64,000 nt of DNA from the human T2T-CHM13v2.0 reference genome, Homo sapiens: NCBI RefSeq assembly GCF_009914755.1, contig NC_060935.1; one strand, written 5' to 3'. The notes under the pieces were generated by a model. The model was not told where the DNA came from and made no database searches. It saw nothing but the letters and a program-made list of their open reading frames with translations. Positions within the stretch are counted from its first letter, which is position 1; each line of letters starts with the position of its first letter. Shown in pieces: positions 15,550-29,698 of the stretch. The position numbers were made by a program, and so were the translations under genes.

Positions 15550-16089
15550 TAGTGGGGGCCTTCCAGTTTCCCCTGCCCTTGATCACCTGGGGAACTCTTC
15601 TAATGATCAGTGCTGGGATTCACCTGCCAGGGATCCTGGCTCCTAGTATGGGAACTGGGAATGGAGTTCTCTTTGGCTCTTGGAGACTGGGGAGATTTTT
15701 ATGAAATTCACCAGACCCCAGGAACTAGCCTGAGCCCAGCCCGACATGAAGGAGTCTTCCAAATGGTCTTCTCGGTTTCCATGACAGACTCTCCTTTTCC
15801 TGTCTGTCCTTCCTCAGGAGGTCCACACACTGGTCCTCTCCAAGGCCTTTGCCTTTCACCCTTGACACTTACAAAGTTCCCAGGTGGGCCTCAGCATCCG
15901 ACTAAGCTCTGTGTCCAGAAGGCCTGGGCCAGGTGGGTGGAGACAGTGGGAAACAGCCCAGGTGCCCACAGGCAGTGTGGGGGCAGCACGGGGGCTGCCA
16001 TTCCAGCTGCTCAGCCTCAGAGGACTGAGCCAGACCCTGGAACAGGGATGGGGCAGAGAGGTGGGGTGGCAGACGCCTGCCAGTTCTGT

Positions 16090-16630
16090 GTCACTTTTCT
16101 CGTTTGCTCAGGCTCCTGGGACGGCACCACAGACTGGGGCGGGGGCAGGGCTGAAGCAGCAGACATTTGTTATCTCACAGTCCTGGCCGTCAGTCCAAGG
16201 CCAAGTGTCACAGGGCTGGTTCCTCCTGAGGCCCCTCTCAGTGGCTTGTAGGTGCTGTTCTTTCCCCATGTCCTCACCTGAGGCCTCTCTCCGTGGCCTG
16301 TAGATGCCAGCCTCTCCCTGTGTCCTCACCTGAGGCCTCTCTCCGTGGCTTGTAGATGCCAGCCTCTCCCTGTGTCCTCACCTGAGGCCTCTCTCCATGG
16401 CTGTAGACATCGCCTTCTCCCTGTATCCTCACGTGGTCATCCCTCTGTGTGTCATCTCCTCCTCTTATAAGGACCCTATTCAGATTGGATTAGGGCCCAT
16501 TCTAATGGCCTTGTTTTAACTAAATTACCTTTTAAAAGGCCCTGTCTCCAAATATAGTCACATTCTGAGCTACTGGGGGTTAGAGGTTAAAGATACGAAT
16601 TTCGAGGGAGACAAAATTCAGCCCATAGCA
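16090..16630. mobile_element. MLT1-type MaLR LTR with an internal 4x ~52-bp tandem expansion (16226-16432)
   Basis: cttataaggac...cagattggattagggccca...ccaaatatagtcacattctgag; repeated ctgaggcctctctccgtggc..tagatgcc..tgtcctcac. Confidence 0.8.
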
Positions 16631-17148
16631 ACTGTCAGCTGCTTCAGGATTCCTTGTCGGCCCCTGTGGCTGCAGGACCCTGTCAGAGGTGGTTCTCTAA
16701 AAAACATTGTTTTCCTAAGGTCCTTCCAGACCTCTGGAGTCAGGCCCTGCCCCAGCCTGAGCTTGAGTGCCACGCACTCGTCCCCATCCTCACTTCGGGC
16801 ATCCTCTTTAGGGCTGCATTCCTCATTGTGGCACCCCCAGCCCCTTGGGGCATATGGGCGATGAGTGTGGTGAGGATCAGTAGGTGGCAGTTTGAATATT
16901 CACGCCATCAAACCTCTGTTTGGGACAAGGCTGGGCAATGCGTTATCAACTTAAGGTTGACTTGAAGATACGAAATAAATTTTACCAGGTGCAGATTTCA
17001 CAGAAACTGTGGAGATGGTCCTCAGATAACAGAAAGTTAAGAGGCACCATTCTAGATAAAGGCGCTTGTCCTAGGGGCGGAGCTGTTTGGGGCTCAGGAA
17101 GCAGCTCTTAGCGGCTGTCGTAGGCTAGGTTTGCTGTGATCCGGCCCA

Positions 17149-17274
17149 TGTTTAACCCAGACGGACACCTTGGCCAAGAGAGATTTCAGCATTATCTATT
17201 ATGTCTAAATTGTTACAAGGAGAAGGTGTTCGTATGTTAGCTGTGTAACTGAGAGATAACTGATATGACTAAAG
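17149..17274 (+). repeat. Inverted repeat, left arm (126 bp)
   Basis: Reverse complement of 18431-18556 at 124/126 positions. Confidence 0.97.
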
Positions 17275-17777
17275 GGGCAGGCAGACACAGGCTGGGAGAA
17301 GCCAGTCATCCTAAAGGTTCTGGAAAGGTGGTTTTTGTTCCTCAGGCTTTGCTCCTGGTGTGTTCTGGGCCATCTGGGCTCTCCCTGGGCAGTTGTTGCC
17401 GTTCCCTAGGGCGTGGTTGAGTCCTGGTTGTCCAGAGCTGACTCTCCCACCCTTTTCCAGTGTCAGGATTTGGTGAGACCTGGAAAGGGGTTCCTCCTCC
17501 CGTGATGATGTGGAGGAAGGGCGGATGGATTGCTTTGGCCGTGACCCAGTAGAGCGGGCTTGTGTGCGCACAGGAGTGGGGAAGGCCCAACACGCAGGCC
17601 TGGCCTGATTCCCAGCCTGGTGGTCTCCCTGGAGGTCCCGGCGATGCTCTTCCCAGGGCACCGAGCACTGGGCTTTGAGATGGGAGTTTAGGTTCCACAG
17701 GTTTTGGGAGCCACAATAGCCTTAATCTGGTTTTCTGACTCCTTCTTTCCTCAATAATGCTGACTGTAGAGGGGAGG

Positions 17778-18080
17778 CCGTTGCCCCTCGGTATCTGCAG
17801 GGATTGGTTCTAGGACTCCATGTGGATACAAAATCCATGGATGTTTAAGTCTCTTAAGATGATGTAGTGTTTGCATGTAACCTACACACATCCTTCCGTA
17901 TACTTTAAGTCATTTCTAGACTACTTGGAATACCTAGCACCTAGGAATGCGGTGGGAGTTTGGGGAATAAGGGTAAGAAAACCTGTACATGCTCCGTACA
18001 GATGCTTTTTCCCTGAGTATGTTTTGATCTGCAGTTGGTTCAGTCTGCGGACGCAGAGCCCGCTGACGTGAAGGGCTGGC
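17778..18080. mobile_element. MER2 (TcMar-Tigger) DNA transposon
   Basis: cctcggtatctgcagggattggttctaggac...caaaatccatggatg...tttgcatgtaacctacacacatcc matches the recalled MER2 consensus. Confidence 0.8.
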
Positions 18081-18430
18081 AGAGCTTCAGTTTGGGAGGC
18101 AGATGCTTCTGGGATTGCTCAGATTTGGGGCAGCCTGTGGTTTTGGAAGCACAAAGAGGTCCTTTCTCGGCAGGCTGACGTCATGGGAGCTCCAGCCTTT
18201 TCGAGAGCCCTCCCGTGTGGGGTCACTGCCTGGGCGTCAGCCTGGCCGTGGCCAGGGAGTCGGTTGGTGCTTGCTGGCGAGCTTCAGAGAAGGTGCCCTG
18301 CCTGCTGCTGAAAGAAGTCTCCTCTTCATATGAGAAGCTTTTGGGGTTAAAAATGTAGTGGTCATTCATTATAGACAACAGAGGGAAGTGGGAAAATCCA
18401 CCTCACGGGCTTTCTACCCAGAGACAAGCA

Positions 18431-18556
18431 CTTTAGTCATATCAGTTATCTCTCAGTTACACAGCTAACATATGAACACCTTCTCCTTGTAACAATTTAG
18501 ACGTAATAGATAATGCTGAAATCTCTCTTGGCCAAGGTGTCCGTCTGGGTTAAACA
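18431..18556 (-). repeat. Inverted repeat, right arm (126 bp)
   Basis: Reverse complement of 17149-17274 at 124/126 positions. Confidence 0.97.
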
Positions 18557-19056
18557 GAAAGTGTCATGTACGGCAGTGGCAACTACGATAAAAGAGTAAC
18601 TGCAAGATGTAAGGAAACCATGTGGTGTCCTTGGGCTGAGGGGAGTGCATGAGGAAGGATGGACCTGGAAGGGGACCCTCCGAAGCTGGGGTTCAGACCT
18701 CTTGAGAGCAGGTGTGGTTTTGCCCACAGGAATGCAGAGACGTTCACTGGCTTCCCCGGGCTGCGGTTGGTTTGTGGTCACTGGGTAAGCAGGAGGCGAC
18801 CCTCCTGGGTGCAGCAGGCCCAGGCTGTGAGCAGGCAGTGGCGTGGTCCTGCCGAGGGAATTCGGTGCCAGTGTGGGCAGGTGGCCTTTGGGCACTGGTT
18901 TCCACATTGAGGACTGTGGGAAGCTGGGAAATTTTCAGGAGGTCAGGCTGTGGCTGTAGGTCGCCTGGGGACTATGTGTCTTGGACAGAGCGTGTCCAGA
19001 TGTGCTTAACACCACACTCCGATCCACCCCGTAGCATCCGGAAACCGCAGGGGAGG

Positions 19057-20492
19057 CCTGCCCTCCTGCTCTGTCCCTCCACCTGCCCTCCTCCTCTGTC
19101 CCTCCACCTGCCCTCCTGCCGTGTCCCTCCACCTGCCCTCCTGCGGTGTCCCTCCACCTGCCCTCCTGCCGTGTCCCTCCACCTGCCCTCCTGCCGTGTC
19201 CCTCCACCTGCCCTCCTGCCGTGTCCCTCCACCTGCCCTCCTGCCGTGTCCCTCCACCTGCCCTCCTGCCGTGTCCCTCCACCTGCCCTCCTGCCGTGTC
19301 CCTCCACCTGCCCTCCTGCCCTCGTGCCATGTCCCTCCACTTGCCCTCCTGCCCTCGTGCCATGTCCCTCCACTTGCCCTCCTGCCCTCATGCCATGTCC
19401 CTCCACTTGCCCTCCTGCCCTCCTGCCATGTCCCTCCACTTGCCCTCCTGCCATGCCCCTCCACCTGCCCTCCTGCTGTGTCCCTCCACCTGCCCTCCTG
19501 CCATGTCCCTCCACCTGCCCTCCTGCCACGTCCCTCCACCTGCCCTCCTGCCCTCCTGCCATGTCCCTCCACCTGCCCTCGTGCCATGTCCCTCCACTTG
19601 CCCTCCTGCCCTCCTGCCATGTCCCTCCACTTGCCCTCCTGCCCTCCTGCCATGTCCCTCCACCTGCCCTCCTGCCATGTCCCTCCACCTGCCCTCCTGC
19701 CGTGTCCCTCCACTTGCCCTCCTGCCCTCCTGTTGTGTCTGTCCACTTTCCCTCCTGCCCTCCTGCCATGTCCCTCCACCTGCCCTCCTGCCGTGTCCCT
19801 CCACTTGCCCTCCTGCCCTCCTGTTGTGTCTGTCCACTTTCCCTCCTGCCCTCCTGCCATGTCCCTCCACCTGCCCTCCTGCCATGTCCCTCCACCTGCC
19901 CTCCTGCCACGTCCCTCCACCTGCCCTCCTGCCCTCCTGCCATGTCCCTCCACCTGCCCTCTTGCCACGTCCCTCCACCTGCCCTCCTGCCCTCCTGCCA
20001 TGTCCCTCCACCTGCCCTCCTGCCACGTCCCTCCACCTGCCCTCCTGCCCTCCTGCCATGTCCCTCCACCTGCCCTCTTGCCACGTCCCTCCACCTGCCC
20101 TCCTGCCCTCCTGCCATGTCCCTCCACCTGCCCTCCTGCCGTGTCCCTCCACCTGCCCTCCTGCCGTGTCCCTTCACCTGCCCTCCTGCCATGTCCCTCC
20201 ACCTGCCCTCCTGCCATGTCCCTCCACCTGCCCTCCTGCCACATCCCTCCACCTGCCCTCCTGCCCTCCTGCCATGTCCCTCCACCTGCCCTCCTGCCGT
20301 GTCCCTCCACCTGCCCTCCTGCTGTGTCCCTTCACCTGCCCTCCTGCCATGTCCCTCCACCTGCCCTCCTGCCATGTCCCTCCACCTGCCCTCCTGCCGT
20401 GTCCCTCCACCTGCCCTCCTGCTGTGTCCCTTCACCTGCCCTCCTGCCATGTCCCTCCACTTGCCCTCCTGCCCTCCTGCTGTGTCCCTCCA
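19057..20492 (+). repeat. C-rich minisatellite, 25-bp unit with 33-bp variants, ~1.4 kb (intron 13)
   Basis: Unit cctgccctcctgcc(g/a)tgtccctcca with or without an extra cctgccct. Confidence 0.97.
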
Positions 20493-20839
20493 GCCCCTCC
20501 GCTAAGAAAGCCTCAACTCCCGTTCACTGTGGATGAGACGCTGAAAGGGACCCTGCCCGTTGTGGCAGAGTGCGTATCGAGGAGGATATCGGGAGCCGAG
20601 AGGAAGTTCGCTGATCATTGGCACCACCAGTTTGGGTCTCACTGGAGAATAGCCACTCTATTCAACTGGATATTTTGGTGTTTTCCTTCCAGACTTTTCC
20701 CTGTGTAATTTCAGGCATTTGTAGTTACCTGGGGAAACAGTTGCTTTGTTCTTCTTTGACGTATACATGAAGCATTGCGATTTTCACTCTGCAGCCTGCC
20801 TGTTCACGCAGCCATGTCTTCTTACCCTCTCCATTTTCA

Positions 20840-21000
20840 TATGGACTTTCTGGGGGGATGAGCTGTAGCCACGTGTCACATGTGGCTGTGGAGTACTTGA
20901 CACGTGGCTGTTGCCACCGAAGAACTGAGTGTTGAATTTTGTTGCATTGAAATTTTCATGAAATAGCCGCCGGTGGTCAGTGGCTCCCGTGTGGGACAGC
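20840..21000. mobile_element. MER3/MER33-like hAT-Charlie MITE
   Basis: agccac...catgtggctgtggagtacttgacacgtggct...aaatagccgc...tggctcccgtgtgggacagc. Confidence 0.6.
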
Positions 21001-21550
21001 GGGTGCAGGTCTCCTTGCTGAGAAATGTTTAGGCCATTCCCCTTGTTGACCTCTTGCACACACGGACGTGTCTCAAGGAGGCTGCTGAGCGTGGGAAGTG
21101 CTGGGTCTCACAAGGGTCCTGACAGTGGCAGCGTCTGCCCGCCTGCCCCTCATTGCCTCCTGCTGCTGCTGGCCACAGTACAGGAGTTGGTTCTGTGCTG
21201 AGTTTCTGTAGCTATGAGTATATCACTTACCTGTGTTTTTTCACACAGCTTTTTTTTTTTTTATATATATCAGGGTGACACTTTGCGTATGTTTCAGGTG
21301 ACTCTAATATCACAACATGGTTTACTTACAGCCTCAGTGGATGTTTCAGTTGCTTCTATTTCTCTTTGGGTGTTACAAAGACCACTGAGATGAACACCTT
21401 TGTGTATAAAGCGATTTCTGTGTCTGGGATTATTTCCTGTGGCTGGATAGATAGGACGGGAGATGGGGTAGGAAAAAATCAAATCCCAGAATAAGAGGGT
21501 GTGAGCATTTTTGGGCTGCAACAGCCACGGCTGCTGGCCTGTGCTTCTGA

Positions 21551-22116
<566 letters not shown>

Positions 22117-22923
22117 TAGGCGCATCCGAGGCCGGCCTCTCCTGGGCGGGTGGGTGAGCGCCACCTGGGCTCTGTGCTGGCCCATCTCAGGCCTCCCCTG
22201 AGGACTAGAGGCTGTAGGAAGGTGGGCTTCTGCTCTCAGTGGTGAGGGCTGGCTTCCCTGCTGGCCGAGTTGCTCAGTGGGCAGCCGGTGAGGTCTTTAG
22301 GAGGCTGGGTTTCTACTGCATCCGAGTGTCATGGGGGGCAGGCTGCCCCTCCCGACCCCCAGGGGAAGCCCTGAAGGACTTGTAGCCCTGGCCAGCGACT
22401 CCAGCCCGGGGAACAGCCTCTTAAACGTCACTGATAGACGGTGTGACCTCAGCATGGGTGGAGCGAGGGGCCAGGGGGCTCTCAGGCACCAGGGTGTTCT
22501 TGGGAAATGCTTACACTTCCTTTCCCCAGACCCAGTGGGAGTGAGGGCATGCCACACTTGGTGTGTGTGTCACAAGCAGCCACATGAGAGTGACGTTTGC
22601 TGTAGCCAGCAGGCCCCTCGGCACATGGGTGAAGAGAAATTTGAAAAGGGCCCTGCAGTCTGTCCTTGACTCAGTATCTTCTCTGCCACCTCTGCCACCC
22701 CAATCTGTGCAGTCCCCCGATTCCTGAGGCCAGGGTGTCTTTCCAGCTGAAAGAAGTCCCGACATCTGGAACCAACCTGTGGGGTCCAGGACCAAGCTCT
22801 GATTTCTCCCCAAAAGCCCCTTTTGGGGAGAATGTGTTAGAGATGAGCTTTATAATAATTCCTTTAAGGGCCGCCCAGATTAGTGTTGCTGTAGCGAAGC
22901 CTTCTTTTCTTTTGTAATTAAAG

Positions 22924-22973
22924 GTTTTGGAGATCTCAACTCTGGCTGTGTACCGATTGCCACACCCAGGCTG
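22924..22973 (+). CDS. TPCN2: TPCN2 exon 17
   Basis: taattaaag|GTT...GGCTG|gtatgt; VLEISTLAVYRLPHPG(W). Confidence 0.96.
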
Positions 22974-24307
22974 GTATGTGACTGGGCAGAACCGAGGGCG
23001 GCTACAGCAAACAGCACCACCACCCAGCGCCCCTGGGAGGGTCTCAGTGGTGTCCAGGGGGCTGGGTCTGCTCTGACTCTAGGGCAGACCCCGTGATGGT
23101 GGAATGGGTGGGCCGATCCCACAGCAGAGGCTGTGTCGGGGCAGGGCCCTGCCGTCGCTCTGGGGGTCCTCTCTCCAGAAGCTGGCACCCCGCAGGCTGT
23201 GGAGGGAAGCCGTTGTTCCCCCTTGGAGATGCCCTCCCGGGCGGCAGTGGGCTCCCCCTCCCAGCACACATGCTGGGGGCTGGCAGCAGAGATGCCCCTG
23301 GCTCAGGTCTCAGGGGACCTGTGACCACTGGGATTCGGCTGGGCCCCTCTGCTGGCGGGAAGGTCCTTGGGAGAGCCCCTGCCTCACAGTGTGACCTTGA
23401 GTCATCGCCTCCCACTCTGGACATCACTTTAGCCTCCTTAAAATAGTGGAGCTAGGGGCCCGGGGCTCACTGAACTCTGAGGCTGTGTGCTGATTCACCA
23501 CTGCCCGGGGTTCTGGCCATGAAGAGACAACCTGGGCAGGGACCCTGGAGCCTCGTGGCACCACAGGGCTGTCAGCCAGGCTGCTCTGCCCTGAGAGCGT
23601 GGCTCTGGTGTGCCCGTGATGAGACAGGAAGGGTGGGGCACGGGGCCCAGCATGCCAGCCTCGGCCCTGTGGTTAGGCCGGGCTCCTTGGGTCTCTGTGT
23701 GCTGTGTCATCCACCCCACTGCCTAGGGAGCAGCTGGGAGTCGCTTGGTGGGGGTGGGGACGGTGGACAGCAAGAGCCTTGCTATTCCGTCAGCTCCCTA
23801 GGAAGCCCCCCAGAACTTACCTCAGGAAGGCAGGCAGTGCCACTGTGCTGTGCCGTGGGGCTGGCATTGCCTTGTCTTTCATGTGCACTGAGCATGCCCG
23901 CTGCACTTTGTTCTGAGTCATTACCTTGGGGGGCTGACACTGTGGGTGAGAATGGGTTTGAGTTTCAACAGAAATGAAAGCATGGAAAGACCATGAGGGA
24001 TGCCAAGCGGGGCTTGGGTCAGGGATGGGGTCAGGGTCAGGGTCATGGGACAGGAGGTGGGCGATGGGGGCAGGAACCAGGGGATGGGGCTGGCGCAGGA
24101 GACCGGGGCAGGAGACATGGGCTCACGCAGTTCTGCTGGGGCCTGAGCTGGAGCAAGTCTCAGTGTCTGGAACCTCCATGCCCTCCCGTGTGGACAGAGG
24201 GTCTGTGTAGAAGGAGGGCTGCAGCCTTCCCGCGAGGGCTGGCTGGGAAGGTGTTGGGGGGATGGGGGTCGCTCCGGGGCTGCAGGTGGAAGCGGAGCAG
24301 TGAGTAG

Positions 24308-24658
<351 letters not shown>

Positions 24659-25556
24659 TGAGCCTGGGGCAGGAAGGGCCCGAGGACTGTGCCCGTCACC
24701 CTGGGCTCCCTGGCTGCACCCTCAGCTCTCTGCCGTGCTCTTGTGATGCTGGGGAAGGGTCATTAGAAGCAGGAGAGCCCAGCCCTGCATTTCTGGGTTG
24801 GGAGAGGAAGGCGGGCAAGGGTGTGGCGGGTGCAATGCTTTGGCCAGTGGCAGGAGCTCCTTGGGGCTGGAGCCCTGGACACCAGTGCTCCCCCAGGTCT
24901 CTGAGGTTCCCAGAAAGGCCTTTGCCATGGCTCCCAGGGTGCTATTAATGAGGGGCAGTGGTACCCCTGGCCAGGGAGCTTGTTTCCAGGATCCTCTAAT
25001 GCGGGCGCAGGTGGCTCATGACCATCTCTGAGGGCTGGTTTCTCTTAATGCACCGGTTAGGAGCAATGGGCACCTTAAAGGGGCAGGCAGGCAGAGGTCG
25101 GGGGTCTGGGCCTTGCTGCTCCTGGCATCATGTCCTAAGACCCATGTTCTGAGTGTCCAGGTCCCTCCTCTGTCCCCGTTCATCCTTCCTCTGAGCTGTG
25201 CACCTGTCCCACCTGACAGTATGTCCCACTTGAAGGCAGCTCAGGGGTCCTGAGCCTTCCTACGGGGCTGCTGTGCTGGGACCTTCATACGCACACACAC
25301 GCGCACACGTGTTCACACATAATTACAGCCATACAGGCACAATCATACATATATACAATACAGCCAAGCACACGTGATCTCACACACAACCACACATGTG
25401 ACCATGCACATGCATATACACACACAATCACAGGCACACATGATCATACACAGTCACACATATACAATCATGTTTGGATACAATACACATCATCATGCAC
25501 ATACACACGTACATTAATACGCACGCCCGCATCACCGTATGCACAGATAATCACAT

Positions 25557-26171
25557 GCAAATATCCATGTGAACTCATGTCCGTGTAAGACGCATGATCG
25601 TGTGTGCACACATCGCATGCAGATATCCATGTGAACTCGTGCCCGGGTAAGACGCATGATCGTGTGTGCACACATCGCATGCAGATATCCATGTGAACTC
25701 GTGCCCGGGTAAGACGCATGATCGTGTGTGCACACATCGCGTGCAGATATCCATGTGAACTCGTGCCCGTGTAAGACGCATGATCGTGTGTGCACACATC
25801 GCGTGCAGATATCCATGTGAACTCGTGCCCGGGTAAGACGCATGATCGTGTGCGCACACATCACGTGCAGATATCCACGTGAACTCGTGCCCGGATAAGA
25901 CTCATGATCGTGTGTGCACACATCGCGTGCAGATATCCACGTGAACTCGTGCCCGTGTAAGATGCATGATCGTGTGTGCACACATCGCATGCAGATATCC
26001 TTGTGAACTCGTGCCCGTGTAAGACGCATGATCGTGTGTGCACACATCGCATGCAGATATCCTTGTGAACTCGTGCCCGTGTAAGACACATGATCGTGTG
26101 TGCACACATCGCATGCAGATATCCATGTGAACTTGTGCCCGTGTAAGATGCATGATCGTGTGTGCACACAT
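25557..26171 (+). repeat. 62-bp CpG-rich VNTR, 10 copies (intron 18), preceded by a degenerate (CA)n
   Basis: Unit gcagatatccatgtgaactcgtgcccg(t/g)gtaagacgcatgatcgtgtgtgcacacatcgc(a/g)t with exact 62-bp spacing. Confidence 0.97.
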
Positions 26172-26203
26172 CCACAGTAAGGCCTCAGTGCTATCCACAG
26201 GTT

Positions 26204-26286
26204 CTTGGAAACTGTGACTTTAAGGGAAATGGCGCACAGCAGACCCTGCAATCATGCCGTTTTGCTTGAAGTCGCAGTTTCCCAGG
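26204..26286 (+). ncRNA. MIR3164: pre-miR-3164 hairpin (mature 5p at 26213-26234), probably derived from a TcMar-Tigger element
   Basis: cttggaaactgtgactttaag pairs with cttgaagtcgcagtttcccagg; contains TGTGACTTTAAGGGAAATGGCG, the recalled miR-3164 sequence; flank resembles a Tigger terminal inverted repeat. Confidence 0.88.
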
Positions 26287-26972
26287 ACCTCTCACGTGAG
26301 TATATACATGCTCACGATGACACGCAACGTGTGCACACGTACATGCTGACTGGTCTCCACTGTGGCGTTCAGCTGTGTTGTCTAGTTTGGATTCCTCAGG
26401 TGGGTTGATGGGGCTGATGTGAAGGCCTTTCTCCCGGCTAGGCTGTGATGAGGAGGAGCGGCTCTTTGGAGCCGGGGCCTCCCTGCTGGTTCTCAGAGGC
26501 CCCTTCTCAGACTCAGTTCCTGCAGGTGCTCCTGCCACCTCTAGCTCTGCATTTCTTTGGCGTCTCCAGGCCACAGAGTAGCTGACCCACCTGCAGTGGG
26601 TTGGGAGGCAGAGAAGGGCCTCCCACAGGAATTTGAAGTCCGTGCTTGAATGAGGCTGGGGTGGAGGTGTTGGGATGCGGGAGTGGGTGAGTGAGTGCGT
26701 GCGGGTGGCGATGCAAGCGTGTGCGAATGCGTGTGGGTAGATGTAGGTGTTGGGGTGCGAGGGTGTGTATGGGTGGACGTGGGGGCCTGACAGGCTGTGT
26801 GGGTGTGTAGAGGCGTGTGGGGGTGGCTGTGGGTCCAGGTGTGTGTGTGTGGGTTGGTGGTCATTGGCCTGCCCCATCTTGCCTTTCTGTCAGGGTCAGC
26901 GTGGTGGGCCGGGATGGTGTCCCCTCAGTGGGGCCAGGAGGAGTAAGGGCTGTGCTCTCTTCCTGTCCTCAG

Positions 26973-27044
26973 CCGATGGCCGTGGTGGCCAGTACCGTCC
27001 TGGGCCTGGTGCAGAACATGCGTGCGTTTGGCGGGATCCTGGTG
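26973..27044 (+). CDS. TPCN2: TPCN2 exon 19 (carries P564)
   Basis: cctcag|CCG...GTG|gtgagt; PMAVVASTVLGLVQNMRAFGGILV. Confidence 0.97.
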
Positions 27045-28009
27045 GTGAGTCCCAGGCTGCTGCTGGTGGCGGGTTATGCACTGGAGTGGGAGGCTGGGAG
27101 GCTGGCGGAAGGCAGTGCCGGGCCGGCTCACTGCTCTGTCGGTAGGAAGGTTCTTGGGTTCGGACGGCAGCAGGTTCCTGAGGCCAGGGAAGTACAGGGT
27201 CGGGGTAAGAAGCCAGAGGCATCCCCTTCTTTGTACAGCAGGGAGCTCGGGTGGTGTGGCTGGTGGCCCTGCCTGAGCATCCTTCCCTCCCATGGCAGAG
27301 ACTGTTTGGTAATTTTTGAGTCTCTCGTGTTTTCTGGGTTGTGGATCTCGTTGAGAAAGTAATGACAGAAATTTAAGAGGCGCAGGGCTTTGCTCCAGGG
27401 ACCCCAAAGCCTGCACAAGCCCTGGGATGAGGACTTGGTCGAGGCTCCTTTCTTAGAGGAATTTCAGGGACTCACAGCCACATTTGCTGAGCGAGAACTG
27501 TGGGACGCCCCGGCCCCTCCCTGGGGGCCAGCCTTCCAGCTGAGGAGCCCATCTGCTCTGCCTGGTGGCCGGGCTTGGGCAGGAGAGGGGCCTGTGACCA
27601 GGCAGGCCCCAGATCCGCGCCGTGCAGAGTGACAGGAGGCGCCCTTTGCAGGAAGCCCGGCCACACTTCAGGCAGTTTTGCCATTTTATTCTGACCACCT
27701 TGACGTAGGGACCACTGGGGTGAGAAGGTGTCTCTGGGGCTGCAGGGTGCTCTGGGCTGGACCCCAGCTGTGCCTCGCGCCTCTGGAAATAGACGCTGGG
27801 AAGAGAATCTTGCCTCAGGTGCTGTCTGCCCAGCCCCCTAACTTGCACAGCAGAGGAAACTGAGGCCCAGAAAGGGGACCAGGTTAGCCCAGGCGTGTAC
27901 CCCTTCCACTCTGCTGACGCATGTTAGGGACAGGCCTGGGGTTGGCGGGCAGCCTGTCCCCTAACTGTGGCTGCCAGGGTACCTGGGGGCAGGGCCCTAA
28001 TTCCCTTAG

Positions 28010-28315
<306 letters not shown>

Positions 28316-28675
28316 TGAGGTGGGGTCCGAGGTGCCACAGGGAGTGTCTCAGGGGTGCTGGGGTGGGCGGGAAGCCTTGGCGGTGGCCTCAGTGGGCTCA
28401 GCATCTCAGGATGGGAGGGTGTTCTCCCAGTTCCTTCGTCTCCTCCCTCCACCCCCTTTTCCCGACCCCCAATTTCCACCTCCGCTCCGCACCTCTCCTA
28501 GGAGCCCTTGCCTGGAGTCTGCTAAACACATTTCTCGTGGCCTGCTCAGAGCAGCACTTTCCCTGCCCTCTGAGCCTCTGTATCCCAATTTGGACCTTCA
28601 GGCCAGGCTGAGCACGCCAGCAGAGGAAAGGGGTGTAAGGTATCAGGCCTCAGAACCTGGAGCCCCCGCCCCTGA

Positions 28676-28959
<284 letters not shown>

Positions 28960-29311
28960 TGAGTCCTCGTCTCCCTGACGGCAGTGATTCTCCGTGCAGC
29001 CTGGGGGTTCCCTCACCTCCGGGCACGCTGCATCTGCACTGGACGCCCGGAGCGTGGCTGGGATGGGGACTCGGGCCTTGACAGGGAAGTCGGCCAGCGT
29101 GGCATCCTGGCTTGCCTTGTCCCTGCCCCCTGCATAGCCACATCGTGACTCTCAGGATGGTGGCCAGTGACTCTGGGTTTACACCTCCTGGAGGTCGTTG
29201 GTGTGTTTGGGGCTTCTGAGGAATTCCATGGGGGTGGGGGAGCCCCGGGAAGGCTGAGTGAACGAGATAGTTCAGCTCTGAGCTTGAAGAGCTCAGACTG
29301 GCCCCAGCTGA

Positions 29312-29698
<387 letters not shown>

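Noticed and set aside
18712-20708. ORFs of 430-600 aa on both strands
   Set aside because: They are translations of the stop-free 25/33-bp minisatellite, with no domain similarity.
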